Origin: Eledone cirrhosa
Lineage: Eukaryota
Reading direction: 5' to 3'
Assembly: GCA_964016885.1 (NCBI GenBank)
Contig: OZ024753.1
Location: 4,030,001 to 4,094,000 of the forward strand
Length of the DNA stretch: 64,000 nucleotides
Shown: piece after piece, positions 30,746 to 44,273 of the stretch
How positions within the stretch are numbered: the stretch's first letter is position 1
Layout: every line of letters starts with the position of its first letter
Position numbers and translations under genes: made by a program
The notes under the pieces: model-generated
What the model saw: the letters and a program-made list of their open reading frames with translations, nothing else
Databases searched by the model: none
Told to the model about the DNA's origin: nothing

Positions 30746-31153
30746 TAAAACTTAACAGGCTACATCAGGGCACCCAATTCATATCTTATAATTACTGCAT
30801 AAGCAATGTAACAACCGGTATGTCACTACCTACTTTAATACTGTGCATATAGTTGACAGTTCTCTCTATTATATGTACTGTCTATATGCACCGAGCCTTC
30901 CAACTATCGGGCATGCTAGATTAAGGTTCTCTCACATTTCGGTACATTTTCAGGTTCAGACTTATATTTGCAATATTGTAAAGTTGACTTAAATTAACGA
31001 CGATTTTGTAAGATTGTTATTTCTACGAACAGGATAATATTACGACCCACAAATGCTGTCCCCTTATCCGTTAAATATCCGTTGACCTTTATAGGAGGTC
31101 TATGGAAAATTTCACATTTTTGTTTTGCCCCAAAACAAGACTAGACCGTTGCA

Positions 31154-31209
<56 letters not shown>

Positions 31210-31344
31210 AAGGACTAGTGTCCGAAACGTTAATACTCTTTTCGTGCTATTTCAAGCGTTAAACTAATATATTTCTTCCATGTACTGTGCTGTTTGTTTT
31301 TTTTATTTTTGTTATTATCATCTATCTATCCATCTATCTTTGCA

Positions 31345-32341
31345 ACTCGGCACATGGAGAGGCGACCCAATGCCTTCCGACTGTGTCGTTGGACGCTGGA
31401 CGGAAGGACCGGTGAAATTGCTCGGGGTCTGGTTTACTCCAGACCTCCAGGTGGCCAAGAAATGGAACGAGGTCACGGCGAAGGTGTTTGCACTCACCCA
31501 GAAGTGGGCTGAGGTCAAACGCCCCTTGAAAGGTCGAGCGGAGGTGGCGAACACTTACATAGCGTCCGTTATCTACTACCGCTTGACAGTCGTGCCTTGT
31601 CCCCGCGAATACCTCAACAAAATGGAACGCCTACTCTTCAAGTTATTCTGGAAGAAACAGGCTACATTGATGAGGAGATCTATCTGCTGTCAACACCCTT
31701 CTAACGGAGGGCTGGGCATGCCGTGACTGATGGTGCGCAAACATGCGCGAGGCTACACTATCACCGGGTATTCCTGACCGGTGACTCGTGTGGCTGTCGT
31801 TTGTGAGACAAACTCTTCCACAACTTGTCTCACTAACAGAGCTGCAGTCTTGGGTCAAGCGAAGACCGAAAATGGGTGCCTGGCACCTCGAGTGTCTTCA
31901 GTCGCTCACAGCCCTCTACCAAGCGGAAACGGCAATCACCGGAGATTTCACTTCGACATTCTATAGGCGATTAGTGGAGGATAAGCGCGACGACGTTCTC
32001 GGGGAAAGTCTAGGCATCGAGGAGGACGAATTGACTAGTCTGTTCGGGAGGACTTTCCGTCCAGGGCCTATGGATAACTCCAGATGTCTCAGGCCTGGCA
32101 GTGCTACCGACGAGCTCTACCAGTTCGAGGCAAAAATCTACAGGCACGGACGCCCTGGCAGAGATCCTGCCAAAAGGACCTGTCCAAGATGCGAGCAGTA
32201 CATCAAAACCGTTCTGCACGCAATTGCTCAGTGCCCAGGGGTGACCAACCTGTGGAATTATGCCGAACAGCTACTGTCACGTGTGGGACGCATCCAGTTG
32301 TCAGCCGAGTCCATCGTGAGGATCACGCCGCCGCCTCATTT
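31345..32341 (+). pseudogene. L1/Tx1-clade LINE ORF2 fragment (RT C-terminus to CCHC zinc knuckle), frameshifted
   Basis: PVKLLGVWF, LKGRAEVANTYIASVIYY, ERLLFKLFWK, GGLGMP and CPRC..TVLHAIAQCP are L1/Tx1 ORF2 motifs; in-frame stop at 31724 and frameshifts. Confidence 0.9.
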
Positions 32342-32346
32342 TCAAA

Positions 32347-32993
32347 GAGAAGAAAAACAAAAAGAAAGGAAGAAGAAGAAAAGTCAGCGTTAATATCATG
32401 CTACAAGAAAAACGACAGAAAGGAAGAGGAAGAAAAGTTATCCGAGTGAGATCTCAGTCGGAATGGCTGACACGTGGTTAGAATGGGCTGGCCGGAGTCT
32501 GCAGTCGCCGCATGATGTTTGACTGCTAAACAAAGACATAATCTTTACTCTACATCCCACTCGGATAACTTATAGAGGATCTCTATAATACAATTAAAGT
32601 TTCTTCATAAAAGACTCTTTCTTTAACTAAACCTCGCAACCAAAACCTTAAAATTTTTTTTAAACTGTTTAATTTTCAATTTTCTAATTTTTTAATTTTA
32701 TAATGTTAATCTTTAATTTTTGTAACTTCATCCTATAAATCTAAACAAAATTTAACGTTCCCATCTTCTGCTCACACATTATATCATGTAGACCCCAACT
32801 ATATATACCTCTGTTATAATATATACATCTGTTAAGATACGGGTCCTTTAGAATAACTTTTTTCGCGGCAATTCCTGGCCTGACTGTAGCATAGCATTAA
32901 TGCTGACTGTTCTTCCTCTTTCTTTCTGTCTTTTTTCTTGTAGCATGACATTAACGCTGACTTTTCTTCTTCTTCCTTTCTGTTTTTCTTCTC
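32347..32993. repeat. ~90-bp purine-rich inverted repeat with ~470-bp spacer, abutting the LINE fragment
   Basis: 32347-32438 is the reverse complement of 32906-32993 (gaagaagaaaagtcagcgttaat(a/g)tcatgctacaagaaaa). Confidence 0.85.
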
Positions 32994-33149
32994 ATTGACC
33001 GGGAGGTTAGTAGCAGACTATAAGCTTTAGCTCCCTCACCAGATAGCATTAAGTAGGCCGAATGGGCAGCACTTGAAGGCGACCGGCTAAAGTGGAATAT
33101 GCTAGATGGTCGCTCGTCCTCGTGTCTATGATGTATAACACACACACAC

Positions 33150-33234
<85 letters not shown>

Positions 33235-33819
33235 AGTGTGTATCTCAAACGCGGTAACAGCTGTAAAATAAGCTGTTATGATGCTTATTAAAAAGAGTCG
33301 AGTTAAACGAAACCCCTTAATACTCAGATGATTAGTCAGAGACATAGAGAGAAAGAGATTTTTCTGACCGCTACTCCGTTCATTTAGTGTATTTTGTTTA
33401 GACAGTTTCTCCTATGGACATCATAGCATCCAGCTGATTTACAGTTATTTCCGAGTACTAGTGCCATACTATTTCACAACATATGTACATACTCAAACCT
33501 TCAAATTATTTCAAATATATATGTATATATTTATTGTGTTTCACTATCATTTTGTTTATGGTTATAATACAGCTGCACGATTGTTACATACTAAAAGAGA
33601 CATCTACTATCAATAGAATAGTATTTTTCCTGGTATCACATACAATTTGTTCCTGAGGCGGTCGGGTAATATGTCTGGTGTTATACATGTTAAGTATAAA
33701 ACCGATCCGTCTATTTCAGAACAAAACTCTTATGATCACACTACTTATGTAAAGCATAAATATAACTCAAAATCTAATGCAAATCAATTTTCTCTATGTA
33801 TATATGTATCTCTCACTTT

Positions 33820-33936
<117 letters not shown>

Positions 33937-34783
33937 TTCTCTGTCCTCCATCTATCTCTGCCTTCACATATCCATACGTACTTATATACATACATTTAGA
34001 TTCACACACACACACATACACACAAACACACAAGCATTTTGAGCATAAGTATAAGCTAGCTAATGTCTTAGACTCAGCCATAATTCTAACCTGTTTGATC
34101 CATACCATAAAGTTAAGGAAAGTCTGACAGATACTCTAATCACCCTAGATCCATTATAAATTACATCACCAAGGGTGTATCACTTAGGATCTGTAGACTC
34201 TACATCTATAAACACATTTAAGGCACATACTGATTATTACAATTCTGCGATATGAAAGCCTGGATAGTAGGAGGAAATAAATTATTCCTAACATTAGGGA
34301 CGCTCAACAGCATTAATGCCAATTTCTGAGATACAACATATCGAACACACAATCATAAATTGGTGGGTAGTAGCTATCACAAGACTTACAATTCGGAAAA
34401 AATCCTGAGCTGGTAAAATACCTGGACGATCCATACAACAACTTAGTTAAAGCTAAATAAACTGATATATTCTTGAAGTTACTAGATTAGAACTATCCAC
34501 CATCTAGCAGATACTAGAACAAGGACACAATGCTACTTAAATAAGGACACAATGCGACTATTATACTCTACAACAGCGAAACTAGAAAATTATATACAAG
34601 ATCTAATTAATAAGCGCCTGCGAAGACATGAGTAACATAGAGAATTCAATTCAATCTAATAACCTGGACTCATCCTCGTCTCAGCCTGTTGTACCACGCC
34701 AAAATAACAAAAGAAAAAATTATTGGAAATAACAAGCACTGGTACATTGTAACTGTAGAAAACCCAACTGCTACCCATTATCG

Positions 34784-34974
34784 AGGGCGGTGGATTGGCA
34801 GTATCGGTAGAGGGTCGGACGCCATGGTTTCCAGCATAGTTACGTCCCTTTACGATCTGAGTTCAAATCCCGCCCAGGTTGACTTTGCCTTTCATCCTTA
34901 CGGGGTCGATAAAATAAAGTACCAGTAATGCACTGGGTAATTGCTGGCCTTGTGCCTAAAGTAGAAACAATTAT
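34784..34974 (+). mobile_element. tRNA-derived SINE, full length, short-3' subfamily
   Basis: A-box-like tggcagtatcggta, B-box gagttcaaatcc, core gactttgcctttcatccttacggggtcgataaaataaagtaccag. Confidence 0.9.
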
Positions 34975-35117
34975 CTGGTAAATGCATGGGCTACAAAATA
35001 GCGTACCGGTGCGAAGTTACAACGAACGATGGAGTTTTCAGATACCGGGGGTCCACAACCATTGTTTTTAAGGAAAGATCTGTCATTCTTAATGAATATA
35101 TATATATATATATATAT

Positions 35118-35384
35118 TTATTATTATGTAATAAACAACATAAGGCAATTAATCCATTTACCAGTGGTTTCTTAAAAGCAAAAGGTTTTGCTTTCAATCC
35201 TCAGAATGAAAAAATCCTGGTTTGTATATTGAATTTGGATCTTAAAAAAACGTTTTTTAAGATCCAAATTCAATATACAAACCAGGATTTTTTCATTCTG
35301 AGGATTGAAAGCAAAACCTTTTGCTTTTAAGAAACCACTGGTAAATGGATTAATTGCCTTATGTTGTTTATTACATAATAATAA
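35118..35384. repeat. near-perfect 267-bp spacerless palindrome
   Basis: Arms complementary except a 1-nt A-run difference at the centre (cttaaaaaaacgttttttaag); left end abuts a TA run. Confidence 0.95.
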
Positions 35385-36444
35385 TTAAGCTCTGTTGCTT
35401 ACATAGAGCACGTTGACAAAATAGGAATGGTTCGTTATTGTAACTCACGGGTTAATCACCGTCTAAAGATTTCTGTAATCTATGTATTGCTAGAAATCTA
35501 TTGTTATGTTTTATGGGGGTTGGCTTGAAACATTTACGGTTTAAAATTTATTTCATTGGGAAGAAAAACAAAATGATAACGTCTTTGAGGAGAAGAAAAG
35601 AAAGATATATTCTGAGAAAATATTTCACAACTAAGTATGCAGTAAGGTATATGATATTTTCAACAAAGAATTTAAAATTAATTAAAATTTCAGAGTAAAT
35701 AATATCTAAAATATTCTTGAAATATCTTTAATCTAAAGGGAGAGTGTTGACAGGTTTTAAAATCGTAATAAATTAAGGTTAATTAAATAAGTTATGTAGT
35801 GTGGATTGAGTTTAATATTCAGCAGTAAAGTGATAATTCTTTACAGGTTTTTATATTAGAGCTAAATCAGTTCAGCATTTTTAAGTATTATTGGAGAAGT
35901 TATCTGACAAAACAATTATATTGATTTTGTCATGAATGAATGTTAAAAACACTCAGACACCGAAGCATATAAAATACTGCCAGATAATTTCTAATTTTAA
36001 ATCAGAGATTCACACTGCCTACGAAATTTAAATAATTTTAACTGATTACAAATTTGCGGATATCTATATATATATTGAACTCGGAGGTTTTTCTTTCATC
36101 CACAAATAGTTATTGAGATAATTACTCCTGCGTTAATGGTGTAAACTGATAAAACATGATATTTATTTACATATTTCATCTGGTTTGTATGTGTATATTT
36201 TTGTATGTGCTTTTGAGATGTGGGATTTTTTCCTAGCAGGGAAATTTATTGATAGGTAATTTCTTTTAAGTCTTTAAGTTAACTCAACTACAATTAGCAT
36301 CAATTTCATCTCACCAGAGACGTTAAATATTTACGATATATGCAAAAACATTACCATATAACATAAGCTTAAAACTCTATACAATGTGTGCTCTGGATAG
36401 AAGAGAGCTTTTGATTTCATGTTTAATAATACGGTACTGCAAGC

Positions 36445-36500
<56 letters not shown>

Positions 36501-36502
<2 letters not shown>

Positions 36503-36562
36503 AGGGCGGTGCTCCGGCATGGCCTCAGCGGGATGGCTGGAATAGGTAAAAGAGTAAAAGAG
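36501..36562 (+). mobile_element. SINE/LINE 3'-end fragment in (TA)n
   Basis: ggcggtgctccggcatggcc..gctggaataggtaaaagagtaaaagag: GC-rich segment with repeated taaaagag tail between TA tracts. Confidence 0.5.
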
Positions 36563-36575
36563 TATATATACATAT

Positions 36576-36642
<67 letters not shown>

Positions 36643-36643
36643 C

Positions 36644-36681
<38 letters not shown>

Positions 36682-36788
36682 GAGTGTGTATATATATATG
36701 TGTGTGTGTGTATGTATATATATATATATATAAATATATATATGTATGTATATATATATATATATATTCCTTCGTTATAAATATATAT

Positions 36789-36974
36789 AACGAAGGAATT
36801 TTGGTAAGGAACCAGATGGACAATAACGCACCAGAGTACTCAATACTTAGGGTGGTAGAGTGGGAAATAGGAAAAAAATATGACCCCGACGGCGGAGTTC
36901 AAGCCGTTTCGACGGCAGAGCTCAAGCCGTCGAAACGGCTTGAGCTCTGCCGTCGAGGTCATATTTTTTCCTAT
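36789..36974 (-). mobile_element. fold-back element family B (tail + ~50-bp inverted arms) in (TA)n
   Basis: Arms 36867-36916 and 36926-36974; tail 36789-36866; TA on both sides. Confidence 0.8.
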
Positions 36975-38989
36975 ATATATATATAGAGAGAGAGATAGAT
37001 AGATAGATAGATAGATATGAGAACAGAGAGAGAGAGTGTGTGTGTGCGAGAGACAGGGAAAGAGAGAGATGGAGAACGTTTATAAAAAAACTAGATGTGT
37101 TTATATAAAAATACAGAACAAAACGACTTGTAGTGCAACCTTTAATCCTAATGTTTTAAGATCTAACATCATAAGCTATTTGCTTTCGTTATTGGTTTGT
37201 AACCACACCTATAATAACATATGCATAAATGTTAATAATGTTAATAATGTGACTGAAACTATACTACTCAATACTTAAAACGAATTGAATATTCATGTAT
37301 TGGAAGTAGAAATTTAGGGAATATGCACCGGAAATGTGCGTTTCATAACTGTATAATCAATTAACTAAATAATTAACTATGAAATTTAGAGTTATAAAGC
37401 ATTTTACATAATGGAATAAAACATAGTGTGAATTCGTTCAAAACTACTGCCATAGTGTGTATATTATTTTTGATTTTTATTAATAATTGTGTATATTATT
37501 TCATCTATTCATCCATACACAAATACATGCATACATACACACACACACATACACATACACACACACACTTATATATATAGATAGATATATAGATTGATAG
37601 ATAGAAAGGTAGATAGATAGATTGATATATATATATACATACACACATATATATATATATACATATATATATATAGAGAGAGATATATATATATACATAT
37701 ATATATACGTACGTATGTATATATACATATATGCATACACATATGTGTCTGTATGTGTGTGTGTGTGTTAGTACAGAGATACACACACACACACTCACAC
37801 ATATCTATGTATATATATATATATTCGTGCATAGATGCATACAACATACATACACCCACACGTGTACACCCACACAGGCACACACGTGGATATTTGCAAA
37901 TATATATGGTTTTATAATTTTTGATTTGATGTAATTGCTATTACATCTCAATCTTCAATTTGCATTGAACTCACAATCTTGGATTGTGATATCCGTTTAC
38001 TTATATTTTATTTAGTTTCTGATTCAAGTTTCTATCTTTTATTTATTCATCAACATAATCCAAATAAGAAAGAAGAATACGACATAAGCAGTTCTGTATA
38101 ACAGCTCTACCGAAATAGTCTCGTTGATTGAATGTCACAATAAAAAGAAAGTAATCATATGGGGGCGAGATTCTGAACATCTAATTTAAAATGGATCACT
38201 GAACTGATTCAAATTGACCTTCCACTAATTATCAAAATCACTCCAATAATTAATTAGTCAACTATCTGTTTCTAGTTCCATTGAAATTATTTTAAAATCT
38301 CTGTTTAGTTTTATTATCACCTATGCAGTTTCAAAGTCTCCGTAGGGGTTGAAGTGCTGATAAGATGCATTGAAATCACTTATTTGACGCCAGCTTTGAC
38401 ACTTTTGATGAAATTGAATGTAATGAAATTTACAGTTATTGAGATTTCTGAATTTCTACTAGTAGTTACACTCTGTATTTAGTCACTGTTGATTTTTTTT
38501 CCTTTAAACGCTTTCTCTTCAACAGAAATTTCCTCACATATACAGGCGTATATCAAGCGTAGGTTGTAATAGGCGAAAAAAAAAATAGAAAATGATGAGA
38601 TCAAATTCTGGATTGATACTCATTTTGAAGGTCCGTATGTTAAGGAACATTAATGTACTGCGGACTATACTGGATAAAAATCAAATACAAGTTAGCTTTA
38701 CTAAAGTTGCGTTAAAACACGACAGGACGAAAACGGAGAGAAAGCTAGTATGAAATGTGTAGTAATTTGTTAGATATAAAGAAAATAATGCAGTTATACT
38801 GACACCTCTATAAGACAGCCAAATATACAATATGTGGTTATGCTGTAGAGGTTTTGAAGGTACATCTGAACCTCAATGTTAGCATTGGTTGGCGTATTGA
38901 GATATAATTCTGTCGAATGGAATTACTTCCGACTAATTGCACTTGACAGGTTTGATACCTAAGAGACACCCTCCCTCGCAAGGAAGCCT

Positions 38990-39663
38990 GTACAGTGCAC
39001 ACTACATGCGAATGAGATCCACTGAAGCAGGAAAAGATGTTTAAGTATCTCGGGCCGTGTTCATGAGTGATGGAAGGAAGGAAGATGAATTAAGTGCAAT
39101 AATTACAGGAGCTTGTGCAGTTATGTGCCAGCCCCAGCATTGAGTAGTCAGAATAAAGGAGGTAAGCGTAAATGACAAACTATCTATCTTCAATTCGGTA
39201 TTCATGCCAACCCTCACCTATGGTCATGAATCATGGGTTATGACAGAAAGAATACAATCGCGAATACAAGCGGCTGGAATAGGGCTCCTCGGAAGGGTCT
39301 TCGGAGTAGCCTTATTCGAAAGACTGCATAGTTCGGAGATCATAGTGTCACTCCGGGTAGAGCCACTACTTCGCCGAATTGAGACGTCACAGGCCCGATA
39401 CTACAGACATGTGGTCAGAATGTCTCAGGAAAGAATCGGGGGACAGATTTTACGGACAAAACCAACCAATAGGAGGCTCAGGGGTAGACCACAAGCAAGA
39501 TGGTTGGATAACATCCATGCGCTTGGCTAATCTCGCTTGGGGAATCCACCCGGAACAGTTGGAAGCGGTTGCTTCTAACAGTACCCGCTGGAATGAGTGT
39601 TTGAGGACTCTGCCCCCACGACTCTCTCAGGAAGAAGGAGGGGAAGAAGAAGAAGAAGAAGAA
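38990..39663 (+). pseudogene. 5'-truncated RTE-superfamily LINE (RT C-terminus) with (GAA)n tail
   Basis: FKYLG, MPTLTYGHESWVMTE..RIQAA, RRLRGRPQARWLDNI; ends gaagaagaagaa. Confidence 0.88.
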
Positions 39664-42042
39664 CGCTGTTTAATGTACCAGTACATTAGCGATTTTAAGA
39701 ATATTTTCAAGAAACGTGTTAAAACGAATTTAATGGTTTATATGTTATTGAATAAGTGGTTTATTGCTTATCAAGAACCGAATGAAAGGACCCTACCGGA
39801 TTGTAGTTTTCCCCAACACACGCACGCCTACCCTTACACAGTTGTATATGTATGCTAACATAAAAGCATATATATATATATATATATACGTATAGAGGTC
39901 CTGACATACCAAGGAACATGAATATACACTTGTTTGAAGAAACATACACACATGCATCCTCATATATACATATATGCACATATCCATAAATACACTCACT
40001 TGAATACAAAAATAACTCTACATATAAATGCACACGCATACATACAAACAACTCTAAACAAACGAATAATTACCAAACGAGAAGAAAGTTTTAAAAGGAA
40101 GGAGTGTGTGTGTGTGTATATGCGTGATGTCGTTTCGTTGGTGCGTACGCGTTTGTATATCAGCCTATGTGTGGATGCACGTGAATGTGTGTGGTGTGGG
40201 TGGAGGTGAGAGAGTAAGAGAGATAGAAAGATAGGAAAATGGAGACAGAGGGAAGAAGAGAGAAAAAGTGAGAGGTGGAAGGAAAATAGCGAAAAATATT
40301 CCTGTAATTAATTAAATTCTGCCTCTTTTGAAGTAGCGCACTATTCTCACATATGAAAACGAATATTTGTTCAAGTCCTTTTCTCTCTCCCTCCTTCATG
40401 TTCTATCACGTAGCCGGTAATGCTGTTTTTTTTTCTTTTGGTTTGTTTCATTTCATTACCACGACTCCTCTCACAATTTCATTAATTATAACTCTGCCAA
40501 TACACTCCTATCTCAATGTATTTGTTAAGAAACATCATGCATGACTGGAAATGCTTCCAAGCAAAACTTGACTACATTTTATTATGATAGATAATAATGA
40601 TGGTGGCGCCCCTGGTGGGTCGGTTATCGAAGTATTTTAGGACGAAAAATATGACGGAGAGGATAATTATTGAAGGAGGAAAGTGTGTGTGGCGGTAGGT
40701 CTGAGGGACGCGAAGGCTAAATGATATAATGGTTGGTAAATGGTAAAGACGAATCGTATATTGGCGCCTATACTACTAAGATACAAATTAAAACGGTTAA
40801 ACGGTGATAAATATAAGAAAATGTAATGCGACGGTGATATGATGAACGAAGAATATGCTAGAAAGAATATGCTGACTGTTACTATTACCCACACAATAAT
40901 CTTCACAAATACATTCAACATCACATCAATAAATACTCCCATTATCGCACGCTCTATTACGATTACTATCACCTGCTCTTTCGATAATATTCAAATTCTA
41001 TACTTGTGCCAAAAACATGACAATAAAAAACAAACGAACCCTCTGAAAACAATCCTTTATAAAATAATAAGGATCATCTAACTTGAAATACTGAACGATA
41101 TATATATGCGAATATCATATGGCTATAAAATAGATTGCAATACGTATCTACTACTGAATTTATTTTCCACAGAAGGTTTAAATGTAAGGTTAACTATGTA
41201 ACATATACCATCGAATGGAATAGAGATTATCTACCTTTCATGAGGTTATTGAAAGGAGTACCAATAATTTTCAAAAAGTTTCATACATTTTGAGGGGTTC
41301 CAATATATCGGCACTTTTCTTTTACATGACTGACACCTAGTTTCTCAAACTAGAAAAGATGAACATAGATTTGGGGTTTATATTTATCAATTAAGGATAC
41401 ATAACTAAATACTCACTACAGGCATAATTTGTTTACTATTCCATGAATGTTAACTATACCAGCCTAAATATATTCATTTCAAATATAGGTATACAGACAA
41501 CAATTATGGGAAGTGTTAGTAAATTAAAACTGCTCAAGGACCAACTGACAGATGGAAAATTGAACTGAGCAAGATTTAAACATTGAATGTAATGATTCGG
41601 AACATATACCACAAGGTATTTGTGTCCATGTTCTGAATAATCCTGCTAATCGACAGTTGTCAGAAAGGGTATAATTAATATAATGATTTCTAACTTATTA
41701 ATTGCATGATGGAAGTCCAATATTAGGTATCTCCTTAAATATATAACTACAAACCACATTTCTTTATAGCTTTCTAACGTTTTGGTCATATATTAATAAA
41801 CATAAGTCACTAATTCTGAGGTAGGTTCAGTGAGACATGGTGCGTAACAAGCTGTCCCTCTGAATAACTGGTACGGATAATCCGACAGTCCTCCAAGTAG
41901 AACAGTTTCCATCAACCCTCCTTCACTGACAGGGACACGTCAAACCTATGTCCTGATAAATGATAGTTACTCAAGTATACATGACATAATGATTGCGATA
42001 TGAAATCATTAATTATCTGGCAATGCTGTGAATTGAAGACTT

Positions 42043-42102
<60 letters not shown>

Positions 42103-42112
42103 GAGGAGGAGG
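42043..42112. repeat. (TAG)n microsatellite
   Basis: Direct reading. Confidence 0.95.
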
Positions 42113-42252
42113 ATAATCTCCTAATTTTTCATTTGCCATATGATTATATGAACATCATCATTAGCAATGTCATTGTCCTCAGTCGTAGAATAACAAACAC
42201 TATTCTTAGTGACAGTAATATCGTTATAACCTCCCCCATTATCAGTTATATT

Positions 42253-42930
42253 CACATCAGCATCATCATCATCATCATTATCACACCCTCAGCATTGCTA
42301 CAACCACCACCACCAGCTTCATCGTTAATATCATCCTCATCTTCGTCACATCATCACGATCATAATCATCATGTCATAATCAGCATCATCACCATCACCA
42401 TATTCATCATCACCCTTACCATCACCATCACCATCATCACCAGCATCATCGTCTTCATCATCACCATCATCAGCATCATATCCATCACCATTATCATCAT
42501 CTTTATCACCCTTATCAGCAACGACGTCATTATTGTCATCACCATCATCATCATTATCATCATAATCACCATCACTATCATCTCCTCCATCATCTTCATT
42601 ATCACTATCATCATCACCATCATCATCATCACCATCGTCATCATCATTAACACCATCATCATCATCACCATCATCATCATCATTATCACCATCATCATGA
42701 TCACCATCATCATCATCATTATCACCATCATCATGATCACCATCATCATCATCATCATTATCACCATCATCATCCTCATTATCACCATCATCATCATCAT
42801 TATCACCATCATCATCACTACCATTATTATCACCATCATCATCATCATCATCATTATCACCATCATCCTCTTCATTATCATCATCATCAGCAATAACGCC
42901 GTCGTCGTCGTCATTGGCATTATTATCTTC
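42253..42930. repeat. degenerate (ATC/ACC)n trinucleotide array
   Basis: Direct reading; explains the 291-aa poly-Ile ORF. Confidence 0.95.
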
Positions 42931-44043
42931 ATAATTAATTTCTGGAATCTTAACACTTCAACAAAACAAAGACCTCTAAATGTGAACAAGCTAATAAATG
43001 ATGTATAATTGAACATTTACTCCTTCTTTTCTCCTATCATTACATCTTCTATATCTTTAGAATAGAAAGAAAAATCTAAATAAACAAATAAAGACACACA
43101 ACTGAAACGTTAATTAAAATAATAATTTGTTCTTTATTATTTTATTGTTTATTGGTTTTCATCAAAATCCTTTATCCGTTTATTTTCATTTAGAGAGTCG
43201 AACATCAAACACCAACACTACTAACACATATTAAACCTTCTGTTAACCTTAAACATAGCAACGATTAGTAAGTTTAAGTGGGGATATTAACTTCACCCCG
43301 GTCAACCACTTGTTTTGTCAACAGCATTTGGTATTGAGAATGCAATGAATTAGAAACGACGCAAGTAATTAAAATCCACGAAATTCTTCAAAACCTCCTT
43401 CACCAGCCCCATGATAATTCTATCTTGTAATCCTCCACAGTTACACAACCAATACGTATATAGGTATCTTATCATCAATCTTCGCACGCATGTATATATA
43501 TATATATTTATCCTTACCATCTCAATAGGAAATATTTTCACCTCCATTTCCACCTCACGATCTATTAGTATTCCTCCATTGATATCATCCACACCCGATC
43601 ATCCCGACTCCCCAACCGTGCCACCTACGTTCCACACTCTCACACATCTATACAATCAACCACGAACTTCCCCAAACATTTATCATTCTGTGTTCTACAC
43701 TTTTCTCGAACATGTGATCCTTCTCTTCACCCACCATCTCAATTACTTCAACTTCCAAAATTCATATCGAAAAGCTTTCAAATGTTTATTCTTTAACATA
43801 CCGTGTACTAGATATACATAATACACATACCTATATGTATACAGCTATGTCAGAGCGAGAACTTAAATATGTTTACACACACACAAACACACGCATATAT
43901 ATATATACACACAGTTCCAGAGTTAACCAAACTTGAATTGAGAGATGGAGATAGGAGAGGAGAGATTGGTGAAGGTATTAGATAGGAGAGGAGAGATTGG
44001 TAAAGGCATGTGCTCAATGTGCAATAAGCAGTGGGAAGCATTA

Positions 44044-44214
44044 TATATACATTTAATATAGAATTGGCTTCTACAGGACTAGAACTGTTTCATTCAGGAG
44101 AAATGGTCTACAGTTCTAGTCCTGTAGAAGCCCTTTCTATATTAAATATTTATATTCTGCCATGATTTGAGTATCTTACTTACTCTGGTTACCCCCGATT
44201 AAACCCGGGATAAA

Positions 44215-44216
<2 letters not shown>
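44044..44216 (+). mobile_element. fold-back element family C (45-bp arms, 21-bp spacer, tail) ending in (TA)n
   Basis: ggcttctacaggactagaactgt / acagttctagtcctgtagaagcc perfect core; tail 44155-44216. Confidence 0.8.

Positions 44217-44273
<57 letters not shown>

Noticed and set aside
34795-34875. tRNA gene suggested by A/B boxes
   Set aside because: No cloverleaf; it is the head of a multi-copy SINE
39204-39858. 108-aa and 159-aa ORFs as host genes
   Set aside because: Part of a truncated RTE LINE; the second ORF is an off-frame read-through
43380-43700. C-rich block with faint resemblance to the PLE cysteine linker
   Set aside because: Too degenerate to support by eye
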